The position numbers and the translations under genes are program-made. Shown in pieces: positions 40,270 to 52,731 of a stretch of 64,000 nt of DNA. Source of the DNA: Eledone cirrhosa (taxonomy: Eukaryota); the NCBI GenBank assembly GCA_964016885.1, contig OZ024752.1, forward strand, positions 46,872,001 through 46,936,000, given 5' to 3'. Positions within the stretch are counted from its first letter, which is position 1, and every line of letters starts with the position of its first letter. Under the pieces are notes generated by a model. It saw nothing but the letters and a program-made list of their open reading frames with translations, searched no databases and had not been told where the DNA came from.

Positions 40270-40880
40270 TTTGTGAGCCTCACAAATACTGCTGCAGTAT
40301 GCAGTACCACTGTGTATCACTTCAGTCTCCACCCACTGTCATACCATTATAGAGCTGGCTGCCCCCCATACCATGCTGCTCTTATCGTGATCATAAAGCA
40401 TTACCTGTATGGTGCAGGCTTCCCTTCCCAGCTCAAGCCAATATGGCTGGACCGAGGGGACAGCAAAAGGCCAGATGGCATAACAATCTTCCCATTCTAT
40501 GAGGGTAGAATGGGAAGATCATCTGGGATGTTACATGCTGTGATACCTTCTCTAGTGGCAATCTGATGCATTTAGCAACTAGCCAAGTCTCTGCCGCCTG
40601 CCAAGCCGAAGAGGACAAACTGTCTAAGTCTCGGCTGCTCCCTGATAGGTTTGTGGTAGAGCCTGTAGCTGTGGAGACTTCCAGTATTCTTGGCCCCCAA
40701 ACCACATCCCTACTCACTGATATTGGAACAGAGTTGGCTGTCCACAGGTGCAAGCCCAGTGAGGTGGTGTGACTGTTCCAGCGTGTCTCCTTCGCTGTCC
40801 TCCAGGGCAATGTATTCCCCATCATGTCGACCAGGACCAAGAGGTGGAGGGTAAGATAGTCGGAGCTGGAAGATACTCGT
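40270..40880 (+). mobile_element. Restriction-like endonuclease end of a CRE-like non-LTR retrotransposon (degenerate)
   Basis: LDRGDSKRPDGITIFPF, WDVTCCDT, AE..K.SK, F..EPVAVETS.ILGP and LFQRVSFAVLQGN across frameshifts: RPD...D motif and C-terminal QR.S.A.Q.GN typical of CRE-clade RLE domains. Confidence 0.7.
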
Positions 40881-41740
40881 TCGGAGGAGAACACACACAT
40901 ACACACATACTCGGAGGAGAACACACACATACACACATACTCGGAGGAGAACACACACATACACACATACTCGGAGGAGAACACACACATACACACATAC
41001 TCGGAGGAGAACACACACATACACACATACACACATACTCGGAGGAGAACACCACACATACACACATACACACATACTCGGAGGAGAACACCACACATAC
41101 ACACATACACACATACTCGGAGGAGAACACACACATACACACATACACACATACTCGGAGGAGAACACCACACATACACACATACACACATACTCGGAGG
41201 AGAACACCACACATACACACATACACACATACTCGGAGGAGAACACCACACATACACACATACTCGGAGGAGAACACCACACATACACACATACACACAT
41301 ACTCGGAGGAGAACACCACATATACACACATACACACATACTCGGAGGAGAACACCACACATACACACATACACACATACTCGGAGGAGAACACACACAT
41401 ACACACATACTCGGAAGAGAACACACACATACACACATACTCGAAGGAGAACACCACACATACACACATACTCGGAAGAGAACACACACATACACACATA
41501 CTCGGAAGAGAACACACACATACACACACACACACATACTCGGAGGAGAACACACACATACACACATACTTGGAGAAGAACACACACATACACACATACT
41601 CGGAGGAGAACACACACATACACACACACACACACATACTCGGAGGAGAACACACACATACACACATACTCGGAGGAGAACACACACATACACACACACA
41701 CACACATACTCGGAGGAGAACACACACATACACACATACT
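40880..41740. repeat. Minisatellite of about 30-41 bp attached to the CRE-like fragment
   Basis: TACTCGGAGGAGAACA followed by a variable (CA/CATA) spacer. Confidence 0.93.
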
Positions 41741-43577
41741 CAAGCACTTGTACAGTTAAGACGTTCGTTTTCGTTGACCTCCTGAATTTGAAACACTATT
41801 ATATTGCTGAAGATTGGTAATAAAAGGATTAAATAGCTGAGTATATCCTGCTGTAGTTGTAAGCTTGAGACCATTTATGGTCATTGACCCCATAAACATC
41901 TATCTCATTTAGATAATCTTTATTTAAGATATTCACTACAAATCTTCTAAGATACTAGAAGCTTCATCATCATCATCATCATCATCATCAGGTTTAGCGT
42001 CCGTGTTCCACGCTTGCATGGGTTTGGACGGGGGTTTTCCCACTTGAGGCAAGAGTGGTTGTCTTGCTCGCATAGGACTGTCTGGCGGGTTTTCTACAGT
42101 TGGATGCCCTTCCTAACACCAACCACATTTACAGTGTGGGGCTGGGAGGTTTTTACCGTGTTGCCTACACGGCCACATTTACAGCGTGGACTGTGTTTTT
42201 TGACGTGACACCTACACGATCTCATTTGTTTCGGCTGATATCTTACTGATATTTTAAAATATTTTTTACAAAATACAAGAGAACAATCCCAGGGATACTG
42301 TGTACATACCCAGCCACAACTTTCTAAGAAACAAGAGAAGAGATTAGATTGAAAGGTATATTTGTGATTAGAGCCATATTTATAATACTCCAGCTTTCTT
42401 CTATATTGTCTTCATTCTTATCTAATTCAAAGCAAAGTATATATTTTTCTGTTGTTGCTATTTTCTTGATTCTGTTAAAATGTATTATTGTAACATTTCC
42501 ATGTAAAAATGTCAGATGAAGAGACTTTGTTTTAGTATTCACATCTTGAGCAGATTTCATTTATTTATAGAAGATATAACTAACCATTTCTCTCTTCTCT
42601 GGTTTACAGTTTTAGTATTATATTTTACATTTAGCTAAAGCTGTGTCTGCCGTAAATGCAGTGAGAAAAATGTCAAAGAATGTATCATATGTTTAGCTTC
42701 TGTTTGGTGCATTTAACTATCAACATCCTGTACCACATGAAATCACATTAGCAAGACATTCTTGAAAAGTATAAAACAGCACTATGACTGAATTATGCAA
42801 ATTTTCACAATGATCTGTCCTTTAGTAAAGATGGTATAGTCATTTGAATTAACAAACCACATGAAACCACATTAACAAGATATTCTTGAAAAGTACAAAA
42901 CAGCATTATATGATTGCATTTCAAATCCCGCCGAGGTTAACTTTGCCTTTCATCCTTATGGGGTCGATAAAATAAAGTACCAGTAATGCACTGGTGTATT
43001 TGCTGGCCTTGTGCCAAAAGTAGAAACAATTATATGATTGCATTTCATTGACCGTTTAGGATTTACATTACTCCATATTTACTATTGTATTTTCATGGTA
43101 AACACTTTATCTCACATAATTGTCTCTCACAATATCGAAGCTACGAGATTTTGATATTTATTTTGAGAACAATACCTTAACATAAGTATGAGTGGCCAGT
43201 TACAGCTGGTTTGAACAGAAAGAGGTAAGAGAATTCTGGCCGGATGCAGCCAGTTTAAATGCTAAAGGGTTAAACATTAAAGTCTTTAGTTTAATAACAT
43301 TTCAACATCATTGCTGAATTCATGTACAATGTTTAATAAGTCTCTAGCTGAATGTTGAGCCTTGAAATTCTCCACATAATGAAGAAGGGATGGTTTATAT
43401 CTTCTCCATAACATCTGTAACTATGACTCATGATATAAGTTTATCTACAGTGGCACCTGTATACAGGTGTGTAGTAGCTTCTTTGGTAATTAATCCATGC
43501 CATGTCTTAAGTAACTACATGGTTTACTAATATGCATTCTCATTAAAACACATAAGAAACATCCTATGAGATGCAAC

Positions 43578-43708
43578 TAAACCTACACAGGTGTGTTAAA
43601 CCTACATAGGTGTGTTAAACCTACATAGGTGTGTTAAACCTACACAGGTGTGTTAAACCTACATAGGTGTGTTAAACCTACACAGGTGTGTTAAACCTAC
43701 ATAGGTGT
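43578..43708. repeat. 19-bp tandem repeat, about 7 copies
   Basis: AAACCTACA(C/T)AGGTGTGTT. Confidence 0.9.
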
Positions 43709-44513
43709 GAGCTATAATAACAACATTAGATGGGTGTATGATAGGACTGAAACCTCTATTGTTAAAACTTCTAAGAAACCTCCTATGGGGTGAGTGAAAC
43801 CTAGTAAGAGGCCAGCTAAATCTACATATGTGTGAACTGTAACAACAATATACATATATACACACACACATACACATAGATATATATATGTGTGTGTATG
43901 TGTGTGTGAGAGAGAGTCTCAGGTTCAATCGGAGGTACTCAGTAAATTAGTAGAGTGTAAACATCATGTTTGATATAGAAATGGCTTCTACAGGACTAGA
44001 ACTGTTTCATTTAAAATAAATCATCAAGAAAGCCCTTTCTGATAATTTCTTTTTAATGAAACAGTTCTAGTCTTGTAGAAGCCACTTCTACAAGACTAGA
44101 TATATATATGATATATATATGATATATTTATATATACCTACTACAGTCAGTAGGCATCTCTAACAAAATACACCCCCGTCCCACCACCCCCACCGCATCC
44201 ACACCGCCCCTTTCAATGCAAAGTTATGTTGGTGCCACAACATCCAGGCCGAAACAAATGAGATCGTGTAGGTGTCACGACAAAAAAACACACAGTCCAC
44301 GCTGTAATGTGGCCGTGTAGGCAACACGGTAAAAACCTCCCAGCCCCACACTGTAAATGTGGTTGGTGTTAGGAAGGGCATCCAGCTGTAGAAAACCCGC
44401 CAGACAGTCCTATGCGAGCAAGACAATCACTCTTGCCTCAAGTGGGAAAACCCCCGTCCAAACTCATGCAAGCGTGGAACACGGACGTTAAACGTTGATG
44501 ATGATGGTGATGA

Positions 44514-44548
<35 letters not shown>

Positions 44549-44549
44549 A

Positions 44550-44893
44550 TCATCAGCATCATCATTTCATTTTACGTCTGCTTTTTCCCTGTTTGCAAGG
44601 GTGGGACGGGAACTGATTTTGGCTTGATTTCTACAGCTGGATGCTTTTCCTAACACCAACCTCATTTACAGTTAGTGCTGGGTGCTTTTTTGCTGTGGCA
44701 CCTCCACGACCACTTTGCAGTGGAATGATAGGGACCCCAGTCCCTATCATCTCATTTCTACAGCTGAGTAAACTGGAGCAATGTGAAATAAAGTGTCTTG
44801 CTCAAGGAAACAACACATCACCCAGTCTGAGAATTGAACTCACAACCTTTCGATTGCAAGGCCAATGCTCTAACCACTAAGCCATGTGCCTCC
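44550..44893 (-). mobile_element. SINE family A copy
   Basis: Full-length reverse copy. Confidence 0.9.
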
Positions 44894-44924
44894 AACTCTG
44901 TGTGTGTGTGTGTGTGTGTGTGTT

Positions 44925-45022
<98 letters not shown>

Positions 45023-45324
45023 ATTGGGGCCCCTATAATTAAAACATCTAAGAAACCTTGTTTAAGTTACAACATAGGTATAAGCTGTAGCAATATCTAT
45101 ATCCTGACCTTCTCTTGCAACACCGTTTCTGCTTTCTTCTGATAAGATATGATTATCTAACAGATGGCAGCACCTCAGCTATACAATATTGAATGTCAGG
45201 TTTTTTACATTATGGTGGCTAAACAAGTTATCAAGAAGGTAATGTTTGGCAGAATTGGTTAGAGCATCGAACAAAATACCTTGTGGTAATTGTTCTGCCT
45301 TTTTACATTCTATTTTTTTTTTCT

Positions 45325-45674
45325 TCATTTCATCATCATTTCATCATTTCATTTTACGTCCGCTTTTCCCTGCTTGAAAGGGTGGGACGGGAACTGATTC
45401 TGGCTTGATTTCTACAGCTGGATGCCCTTCCTAACACCAACCTCATTTACAGTGAGTGCTGGGTGTTTTTTTGCCGTGGCACCTGCACGACCACTTTGCA
45501 GTGGAATGATAGGGACTGGGGTCCCTATCATCTCATTTCTACAGCTGAGTAAACTGGAGCAATGTGAAATAAAGTGCCTTGCTCAAGGAAACAACACATC
45601 ACCCGGTCTGAGAATTGAACTCACAACCTTTCGATTGCAAGGCCAATGCTCTAACCACTAAGCCATGTGCCTCC
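45325..45674 (-). mobile_element. SINE family A copy
   Basis: Full-length reverse copy; hairpin loop is inverted. Confidence 0.9.
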
Positions 45675-46246
45675 ATTACTGTAAAATCATTTTTTTGTTG
45701 TTTTTTGTTGTTTTCAAACTCTTTCTAATCAAAGGAATTCCTTTCTTCTCCCCCCCCCCCACCCCGTAACTCCTGATAGAGTGTTAGGGGTGCCTCATTG
45801 TGAGTACTGGGTGCTTTTTTTACCGTGGCGCCTACACAACCACTTTACAATGGGAGGAGGTGAGAGTATATTGTCTATATGCTTCAGCTTGTACCTGTGG
45901 GAAGTGGGGTCTTCTGTATTACTGCGTAGAGCCAGAGGTCTCAGTCCTGGGTCCTCGCCTTTGAGAGTCAAATACACTCACACTCACACAGTCAAATTTA
46001 CACACACATACACTCATGCACTCACGCATTCAAATACACACACAGTCAAATACACACACACACACATACACACACACATACATACAGGACTAGAACTGTT
46101 TCATTTATACACAAAACTGAAAGAACATCAACATTATAGCAATTTGATGATTGTGTTCCAGACAGAGAGGGATGTTGAGTTTATCTCCAGATCAAACCAA
46201 GAAGGAATTAACTACACCAAAACTAGGGAGCTTTATATGGGATAGA

Positions 46247-46388
46247 GGGGTGGGGGTTACATTGAGGTGAGTGGGGGAGAGTATATATCAGGGTGGGGGT
46301 TACATTGAGGTGAGTGGGGGAGAGTATATATATCAGGGTGGGGGTTACATTGAGGTGAGTGGGGGAGAGTATATATCAGGGTGGGGGA
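46247..46388. repeat. Tandem repeat of about 43 bp x3
   Basis: GGGTGGGGGTTACATTGAGGTGAGTGGGGGAGAGTATATATCA. Confidence 0.88.
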
Positions 46389-46919
46389 TGTTTTATCAGA
46401 GTGACTTTAATGAATGAAACAAATCTCTGTTAAAATATTCACCTTATATTTTGGATCTCAAGATAAAATCTCTAATTTGGTGTTGTTGGGTTGGGTTGAA
46501 ATGGGTGGGGCTGGGGGCAGTGGTGGTGGTAGTGGCGGCGGTTGGGGGGGGGGGGGCTAGTCGTGGCGGTGGTAGTGGTGGTGGTGGTGGTGGTGGTAGC
46601 GAATATACAAATAGATGTGTGTTTTGGTAGCTTGGGGGGAAAAAAATATAATTATTGGAGGAGGCAGGGAGAACCAAGGATCCCTTGACCACCACCCCAA
46701 GGATCCCAGTTCCACCACCCCTGCATATTTCATAACTACCAAAGAAATTGTTGTTTGACCTCCGACCCTCCATTGTTTTCAATGACAGGTCTTCAAGTTG
46801 TTTGATCAACAGAACTGCCTGCTCAGAAAATTAACATAAAGTTGAAGTGTATTTGTTTAAGGATACAACATGGCACCCAGCCGAGGAATTGAACTCACAA
46901 CCTTACGATTGTGAACTAA

Positions 46920-47932
46920 GGTGTGGCCACATTTAGAATTTGCATTACCAGTCTGGAACCCCTATCTTACTCAGAACATTGACCTCCTGGAAACTGTTCA
47001 GAGACGTGCAACCAAGCGAATACCTTTCATAAGGCATCTACCATACTCTGAACGCTTTGCTTCCCGGAGCATGGATACATTGAAGCTCCGACGTCTGGCA
47101 ACTGACTTGCTAAACACCCACAAAGTTATTAACCATCTTGCCAACAACAACCCTGAGCATTTTTTTGATTTCCATGTGTCTAACACACGTGGACATGCCT
47201 ACAAAGTCAGAAAACAGCACAGTTCCCATGACTTTCAGAAACATTTTTTCACGCTCAGAGTTGCTGAAGCATGGAACAAACTACCTGCATCAGTTGTTAG
47301 CTGTCGAGACACTGCATCCTTTAAAACCTCCATGGAACAAGCTACCTGCATCAGTTGTTAGCTGTCGAGACACTGCATCTTTTAAAACCTCCAGGAACAA
47401 GCTACCTGCATCAGTTGTTAGCTGTCGAGACACTGCATCTTTTAAAACCTCCAGGAACAAGCTACCTGCATCAGTTGTTAGCTGTCGAGACACTGCATCC
47501 TTTAAAACCTCCATGGAACAAACTACCTGCATCAGTTGTTAGCTGTCGAGACACTGCATCCTTTAAAACCTCCATGGAACAAACTACCTGCATCAGTTGT
47601 TAGCTGTCGAGACACTGCATCCTTTAAAACCTCCATGGAACAAGCTACCTGCATCAGTTGTTAGCTGTCGAGACACTGCATCCTTTAAAACCTCCATGCA
47701 ACAAGCTACCTGCATCAGTTGTTAGCTGTCGAGACACTGCATCCTTTAAAACTTCCATGCTTCCTGAGATTTGCCAGCACTACACCTGATACACACGCAC
47801 ACATGTATATCATGACTCATACACTGTTCATTTTCCTGAGATTTGTACATTATTCTATGTACTATACATGCACCTTTGATGAGTTGTAGTGCACCTGAGC
47901 ACTGTATACAATAATTTAATTATTATTATTAT
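46920..47932 (+). mobile_element. CR1-group LINE 3' fragment with an 8x tandem expansion (about 60 bp) of the ORF end
   Basis: PHLEFALPVWNPYL..IDLLETVQRRATK...TRGH..K...FFTLRVAEAWNKLP; 3' hairpin GTAGTGCACCTGAGCACTGTAC and (ATT)n tail. Shorter copies at 8620-8895, 9755-10050, 19370-19570 and 33145-33455 (-). Confidence 0.9.
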
Positions 47933-49082
47933 TTAAACATCCTTACCACTAAGCCAGGCACCTTCACACCACTAAACCATGTCACAAAACTGAAGGAATA
48001 TTTCTAAAACTTTCATTCAACACCTCAGGGTGTGTGGTGTTTGGGTGTAGTAGGGTAGCAATGTTAACTTCCTGTTTAGACCCCACCCAGTCACCCTCCC
48101 CCCTCCAGCACCCTACCTCAGTCTTTACTCCATTCATATCAACAACTATAACCCCACTCCCTTCCCCCATCCACATCAAATACAGTGGTATCTTATTGGA
48201 AGAAGCATCTCAACTCCTACCATTCCCCCACTTCTTAACTACCTCCCCCTCCGACTTCTTAACTACCCCCCCCCCCCACTTACACACTTCTTAACTCCTA
48301 CTCCTCCTCACCTCTCAACTCCTACTACTACTACCTCCCACTTCACTCATAAGCCCCTCCCCCACTTCTTAATTAATACCCCCTCCCCCACTTCTTAATT
48401 AATACCCTCCCCCCACTCGCCACCCCGACTTCTTAATTTATACCCCCCCCACCCCACTGCTTAACTCCGACCATTTCCCCACCTCCTCTCAACTCCTACT
48501 ACTACCCCCCCCTCATCAACTGCTCCCCCCCTCCCACTTCTCAATTACTACCACCACCCCCATTTCTCAATTCATACCCCCTCCCACTTCTCAACTACTA
48601 CCACCACCCCCATTTCTCAATTCATACCCCCTCCCCCTCCTCAACTGCTACCACTACCCCCTCCCACTTCTCAACTACTACCACCACCCCCATTTCTCAA
48701 TTCATACCCCCTCCCCCTCCTCAACTGCTACCACTACCCCCTCCCACTTCCCAACTACTACCACCACCCCCATTTCTCAATTCATACCACCCTCCCCCCT
48801 CCTCAACGCCACCATCATACCCCCCCACTAGCAGCACCATTTTCCATTTCTCTGCACATGTATGTATATATGTAGCTTGGATTGGCAGTATCGGTAGAGG
48901 GTTGGGCGCCGCCATGCTTTGCAGCATAGTTACGTCCCTTTACGACCTGAGTTCAAATCCTGCCGAGGTTAACTTTGACTTTCACCCTTACGGGGTCAAT
49001 AAAATAAAGTACCAGTAATGCACTGGAGTAATAGCTGGCCTTGTGCCAAAAGTAGAAACAATTATTAATTATATATATATAT

Positions 49083-49430
49083 GGAGGCACATGGCTTAGT
49101 GGTTAGAGCATTGGCCTTGCAATCGAAAGGTTGTGAGTTCAATTCTCAGACCGGGTGATGTGTTGTTTCCTTGAGCAAGACACTTTATTTCACATTGCTC
49201 CAGTTTACTCAGCTGTAGAAATGAGATGATAGGGACTGGGGTCCCTATCATTCCACTGCAAAGTGGTCGTGGTGGTGCCATGGCAAAAAAGCACCCAGCA
49301 CTCACTGTAAATGAGGTTGGTGTTAGGAAGGGCATCCAGCTGTAGAAATCAAGCCAGAATCAGTTCCCATCCCACCCTTGCAAGCAGGGAAAAGCGGACA
49401 TAAAATGAAATGATGATGATGATGATGATG
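49083..49430 (+). mobile_element. SINE family A copy
   Basis: Full-length. Confidence 0.9.
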
Positions 49431-49708
49431 ATATATATATGTAGGAGGTGAGTTTTATTGTAGCAAAATAAAGCAATGCAAATATCGGATAAGTAGCACT
49501 CTACAGTTTGTAGGACTGGAGTATAAATAATATATAAGATCAAAAGATGGTTAAAAGAGTTCCATGTATTTTATCATGCGCATTTCAAAAAACAAATATC
49601 ATCATGGGATGATATCTGCGTTCTCATCAGATAAAATAGGGAGACATGATATGAATCTTAAAAAAACACTGCTCACAAGTGTTTTTTAAGATTCATATCA
49701 TGTCTCCC

Positions 49709-49779
49709 TATTTTATCTGATGAGAACGCAGATGTAATCCCATGATGATATTTGTTTTTGAAATGAGCATAATAAAATA
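49709..49779 (+). ncRNA. Type I hammerhead ribozyme motif (right arm of a fold-back element)
   Basis: Stem [17 protein letters not shown]; CTGATGA 49717-49723; stem II; GAAA 49760-49763; stem III A-TGAGCA-T; AUA triplet. Confidence 0.65.
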
Positions 49780-49828
49780 CTTGGAACTCTTTTAACCATC
49801 TTTTGATCTTATATTATATATATATATG

Positions 49829-50055
49829 GTGGAGGCGTGTGGCTGAGTGGTTTGAGAATTGGATTCACAATCTTGAGGTTGTGAGTTCGATTCCTGGACC
49901 GGGCGATGCGTTATGTCCTTGAGCAAGGCACTTTATTCCACGTTGCTCCTTCTACCTGGAGTTGCAACCGATAGATAGTACTAGCAACTGGAAAGACCAA
50001 CGGAAACATTGTTTCCTCGGTCCGATTTGACGAAAGTCGATCGCTAGAAAAAAAA
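49829..50055 (+). mobile_element. SINE family B copy
   Basis: Full-length match to 6392-6620. Confidence 0.85.
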
Positions 50056-50365
50056 TATATATATATATTTATTTAGGTTTGTTGGTTTACTGGTCATTCC
50101 GTATGGTCAACCTTGATGTAATATTAGGGAGAGCACTCAACGTAATGCAACTCACCCGTCTTCGTTTGTGTAGTTGGTGGTGCGAGTACGGAGTTAATTA
50201 TTATAAAATAACAGGAGGCTGGACTGGTGTAATTCCTTAAACGGTTTATTTTACTACTTGAGGGCGGTTGACCGGGCTAGAAGCTGCTAAATGTTCGGCC
50301 ACCCTCCTGTCTATGATTTTCAGCCCCGTGGATTTTATCTATTATATTCCTTTGTTATATTTTGA

Positions 50366-50423
50366 ATACCTGATGAAGTCACCGGATTCATACTGAACCC
50401 GGTCATTGAAATGATCATAGTAT
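50366..50423 (+). ncRNA. Type I hammerhead ribozyme motif with palindromic stem III
   Basis: Stem I ATAC/GTAT; CTGATGA; stem II ACCGG.TTCA-tac-TGAA.CCGGT; GAAA; palindrome ATGATCAT; AUA triplet. Confidence 0.65.
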
Positions 50424-50701
50424 AATAAACCTTTTAAGGAATTACACCAGTCCAGCCTCCTGTTGTTTTATTTTATAATTATAATATATATATATATATA
50501 TATGTACATATGTACATATATATATATATACATATATATATGTACATATATATATGTACATATGTATATATGTATATATGTACATATATATATATATGTA
50601 CATATATATATATGTATGTATATATATATATATATGTATATATATCATCATCATCATCAGATATATATATATATATACATGATGATGATGACACACATAT
50701 A

Positions 50702-50744
<43 letters not shown>

Positions 50745-51154
50745 GTGCCCTAGCATGGCCTCAGCCGGATGGCTGGAACAGGTAAAAGAGTATATATATA
50801 TATATATGTACACATATATATATGTACATACATACATACATATATATATATATGTGTGTGTATGTATATGGACATTATATATGTGCACCAGTTGACTAAA
50901 TCTGAGTAGATAGCAGTGAGTGATTTTTATTCCCCAATGCAGCGACCTCACCTTGGACTATAAACATTCTCCTCTTTCTGATAAAGTGCAATATCTTTAC
51001 ATAATGATTGCGATTAAGCATGTGACTAAGTAGTCAATGCTAGTAGATTGATATTGTACAGAAACATATTTTAAGAAATGAACTCTAAACCATTCTTGCT
51101 TAGTTATTCCTGTTTTTTCCTGGTACTATACCTATTGCTATTATATATATATAT

Positions 51155-51498
51155 TCATTTCATTTTCATTTCATTTTACGTCCGCTTTTTCCCTGCTTGC
51201 AAGGGTGGGACGGGAACTGATTCTGGCTTGATTTCTACAGCTGGATGCCCTTCCTAACACCAACCTCATTTACAGTGAGTGCTGGGTGCTTTTTTGCCAT
51301 GGCACCTTCACGACCACTTTGCAGTGGAGTGATATGGACCCCAGTCCCTATCATCTCATTTCTACAGCTGAGTTAACTGGAGCAATGTGAAATAAAGTGT
51401 CTTGCTCAAGGAAACAACACATCACCTGGTCTGAGAACTGAACTCACAACCTTTTTGATTGCAAGGCCAATGCTCTAACCACTAAGCCATGTGCCTCC
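51155..51498 (-). mobile_element. SINE family A copy
   Basis: Full-length reverse copy upstream of the first FDXR coding exon. Confidence 0.9.
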
Positions 51499-51547
51499 AT
51501 TTATACTGTTGGTGATGATGATAGTGATGAGGTTGGGGTGATGATTA

Positions 51548-51579
<32 letters not shown>

Positions 51580-51864
51580 ATCATCATGGTGACAATGAGG
51601 GTGATGGTGATGATGATGATGGTGGTGGTGGTGATCATCATGGTGACAATGAGGGTGATGGTGATGATGATGATGGTGGTGGTGATGGTGATAGTGCTAC
51701 TGTTGGTGAGGTTGGAGTGATGATGATGATGATGATGATGGTGAGACTGGAGTGATGATTATGATGATGGTGATGGTGGTGGTGTTGATCATCATGGTGA
51801 TGATGATGATGATTATAATGTATAACAGTTATAGAATCTTTGTTTCTGGTTTCCCTCTTTCAGA

Positions 51865-52008
51865 ATGAAACCACCCAGATTATTCCATTCACTACTTAAA
51901 TGTCTTCGCTCTCCAACTGCCAGTTATAGTTCCAGCCCTAAAGCTCTACCAGTCTGTATAGTTGGCAGTGGCCCAGCAGCTTTTTATACTGCACAACAAA
52001 TATTGAAA
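51865..52008 (+). CDS. FDXR: NADPH:adrenodoxin oxidoreductase (ferredoxin reductase), first coding exon with putative mitochondrial transit peptide
   Basis: CTTTCAG acceptor at 51863 with ATG 1 nt downstream. Translates MKPPRLFHSLLKCLRSPTASYSSSPKALPVCIVGSGPAAFYTAQQILK; GTAAGT donor. Basic, Ser-rich presequence with no acidic residues, then the FAD-binding Rossmann motif. Confidence 0.92.
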
Positions 52009-52104
52009 GTAAGTTAACCAAGTTAAAACTTAAATTTCAGCTTTTTTCCTGTCCCAATTTATTTATTAATCTAACAATTAAATTCCTGTCACGATTTGTT
52101 TACT

Positions 52105-52731
52105 CGAGAGAAGGCTACGTTGGTACGGTCATGTGATGCGCATGAAAGACGACAGCTGTATAACAAAGTGCAGGGCAATAAAGATAGACGGTAGCCACGG
52201 AGTAGGCAGACCCAGAAAAACATGGGACGAGCTGATAAATTCCGACCTCACACGCTTACACCTCTCCAAGACAATGTCACTGGACCGAGACCTTTGGCGG
52301 TACTCAGTAATAGAGAAGACCCGCCTTACCTAAATACAAAGTAAAAACCTACTACAGTCAGTAGGCATCTCTATCAAACCCCCCCCCCCCCCCCCCGTCC
52401 CACCACCTCCACCCCATCCACACCGCCCCTTTCAATGTACAGTTATGTTGGTCCCACAACATCCAGGCCGAAACAAATGAGATCGTGTAGGTGTCACGAC
52501 AAAAAAAACACACAGTCCACGCTGTAAATGTGGCCGTGTAGGCAACACGGTAAAAACCTCCCAGCCCCACACTGTAAATGTGGTTGGTGTTAGGAAGGGC
52601 ATCCAACTGTAGAAAACCCGCCAGACAGTCCTATGCGAGCAAGACAACCACTCTTGCCTCAAGTGGGAAAACCCCCGTCCAAACCCATGCAAGCGTGGAA
52701 CACGGACGCTAAACCTGATGATGATGATGAT
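52105..52731 (+). mobile_element. 5'-truncated RTE LINE (family 2) with 3' UTR and long TSD, in an FDXR intron
   Basis: RERRLRWYGHVMRM..GRPRKTWDELI..*, then about 400 bp of UTR ending (GAT)n. TTATTAATCTAACAATTAAATTCCTGTCACGATTT is duplicated on both sides. UTR-only copies at 41965-42236 (-) and 44137-44515 (+). Confidence 0.88.

Noticed and set aside
40880-41740. CRISPR-like repeat-spacer appearance (also 62760-64000)
   Set aside because: Spacers are low-complexity CA variants or absent; eukaryotic context with no cas genes.
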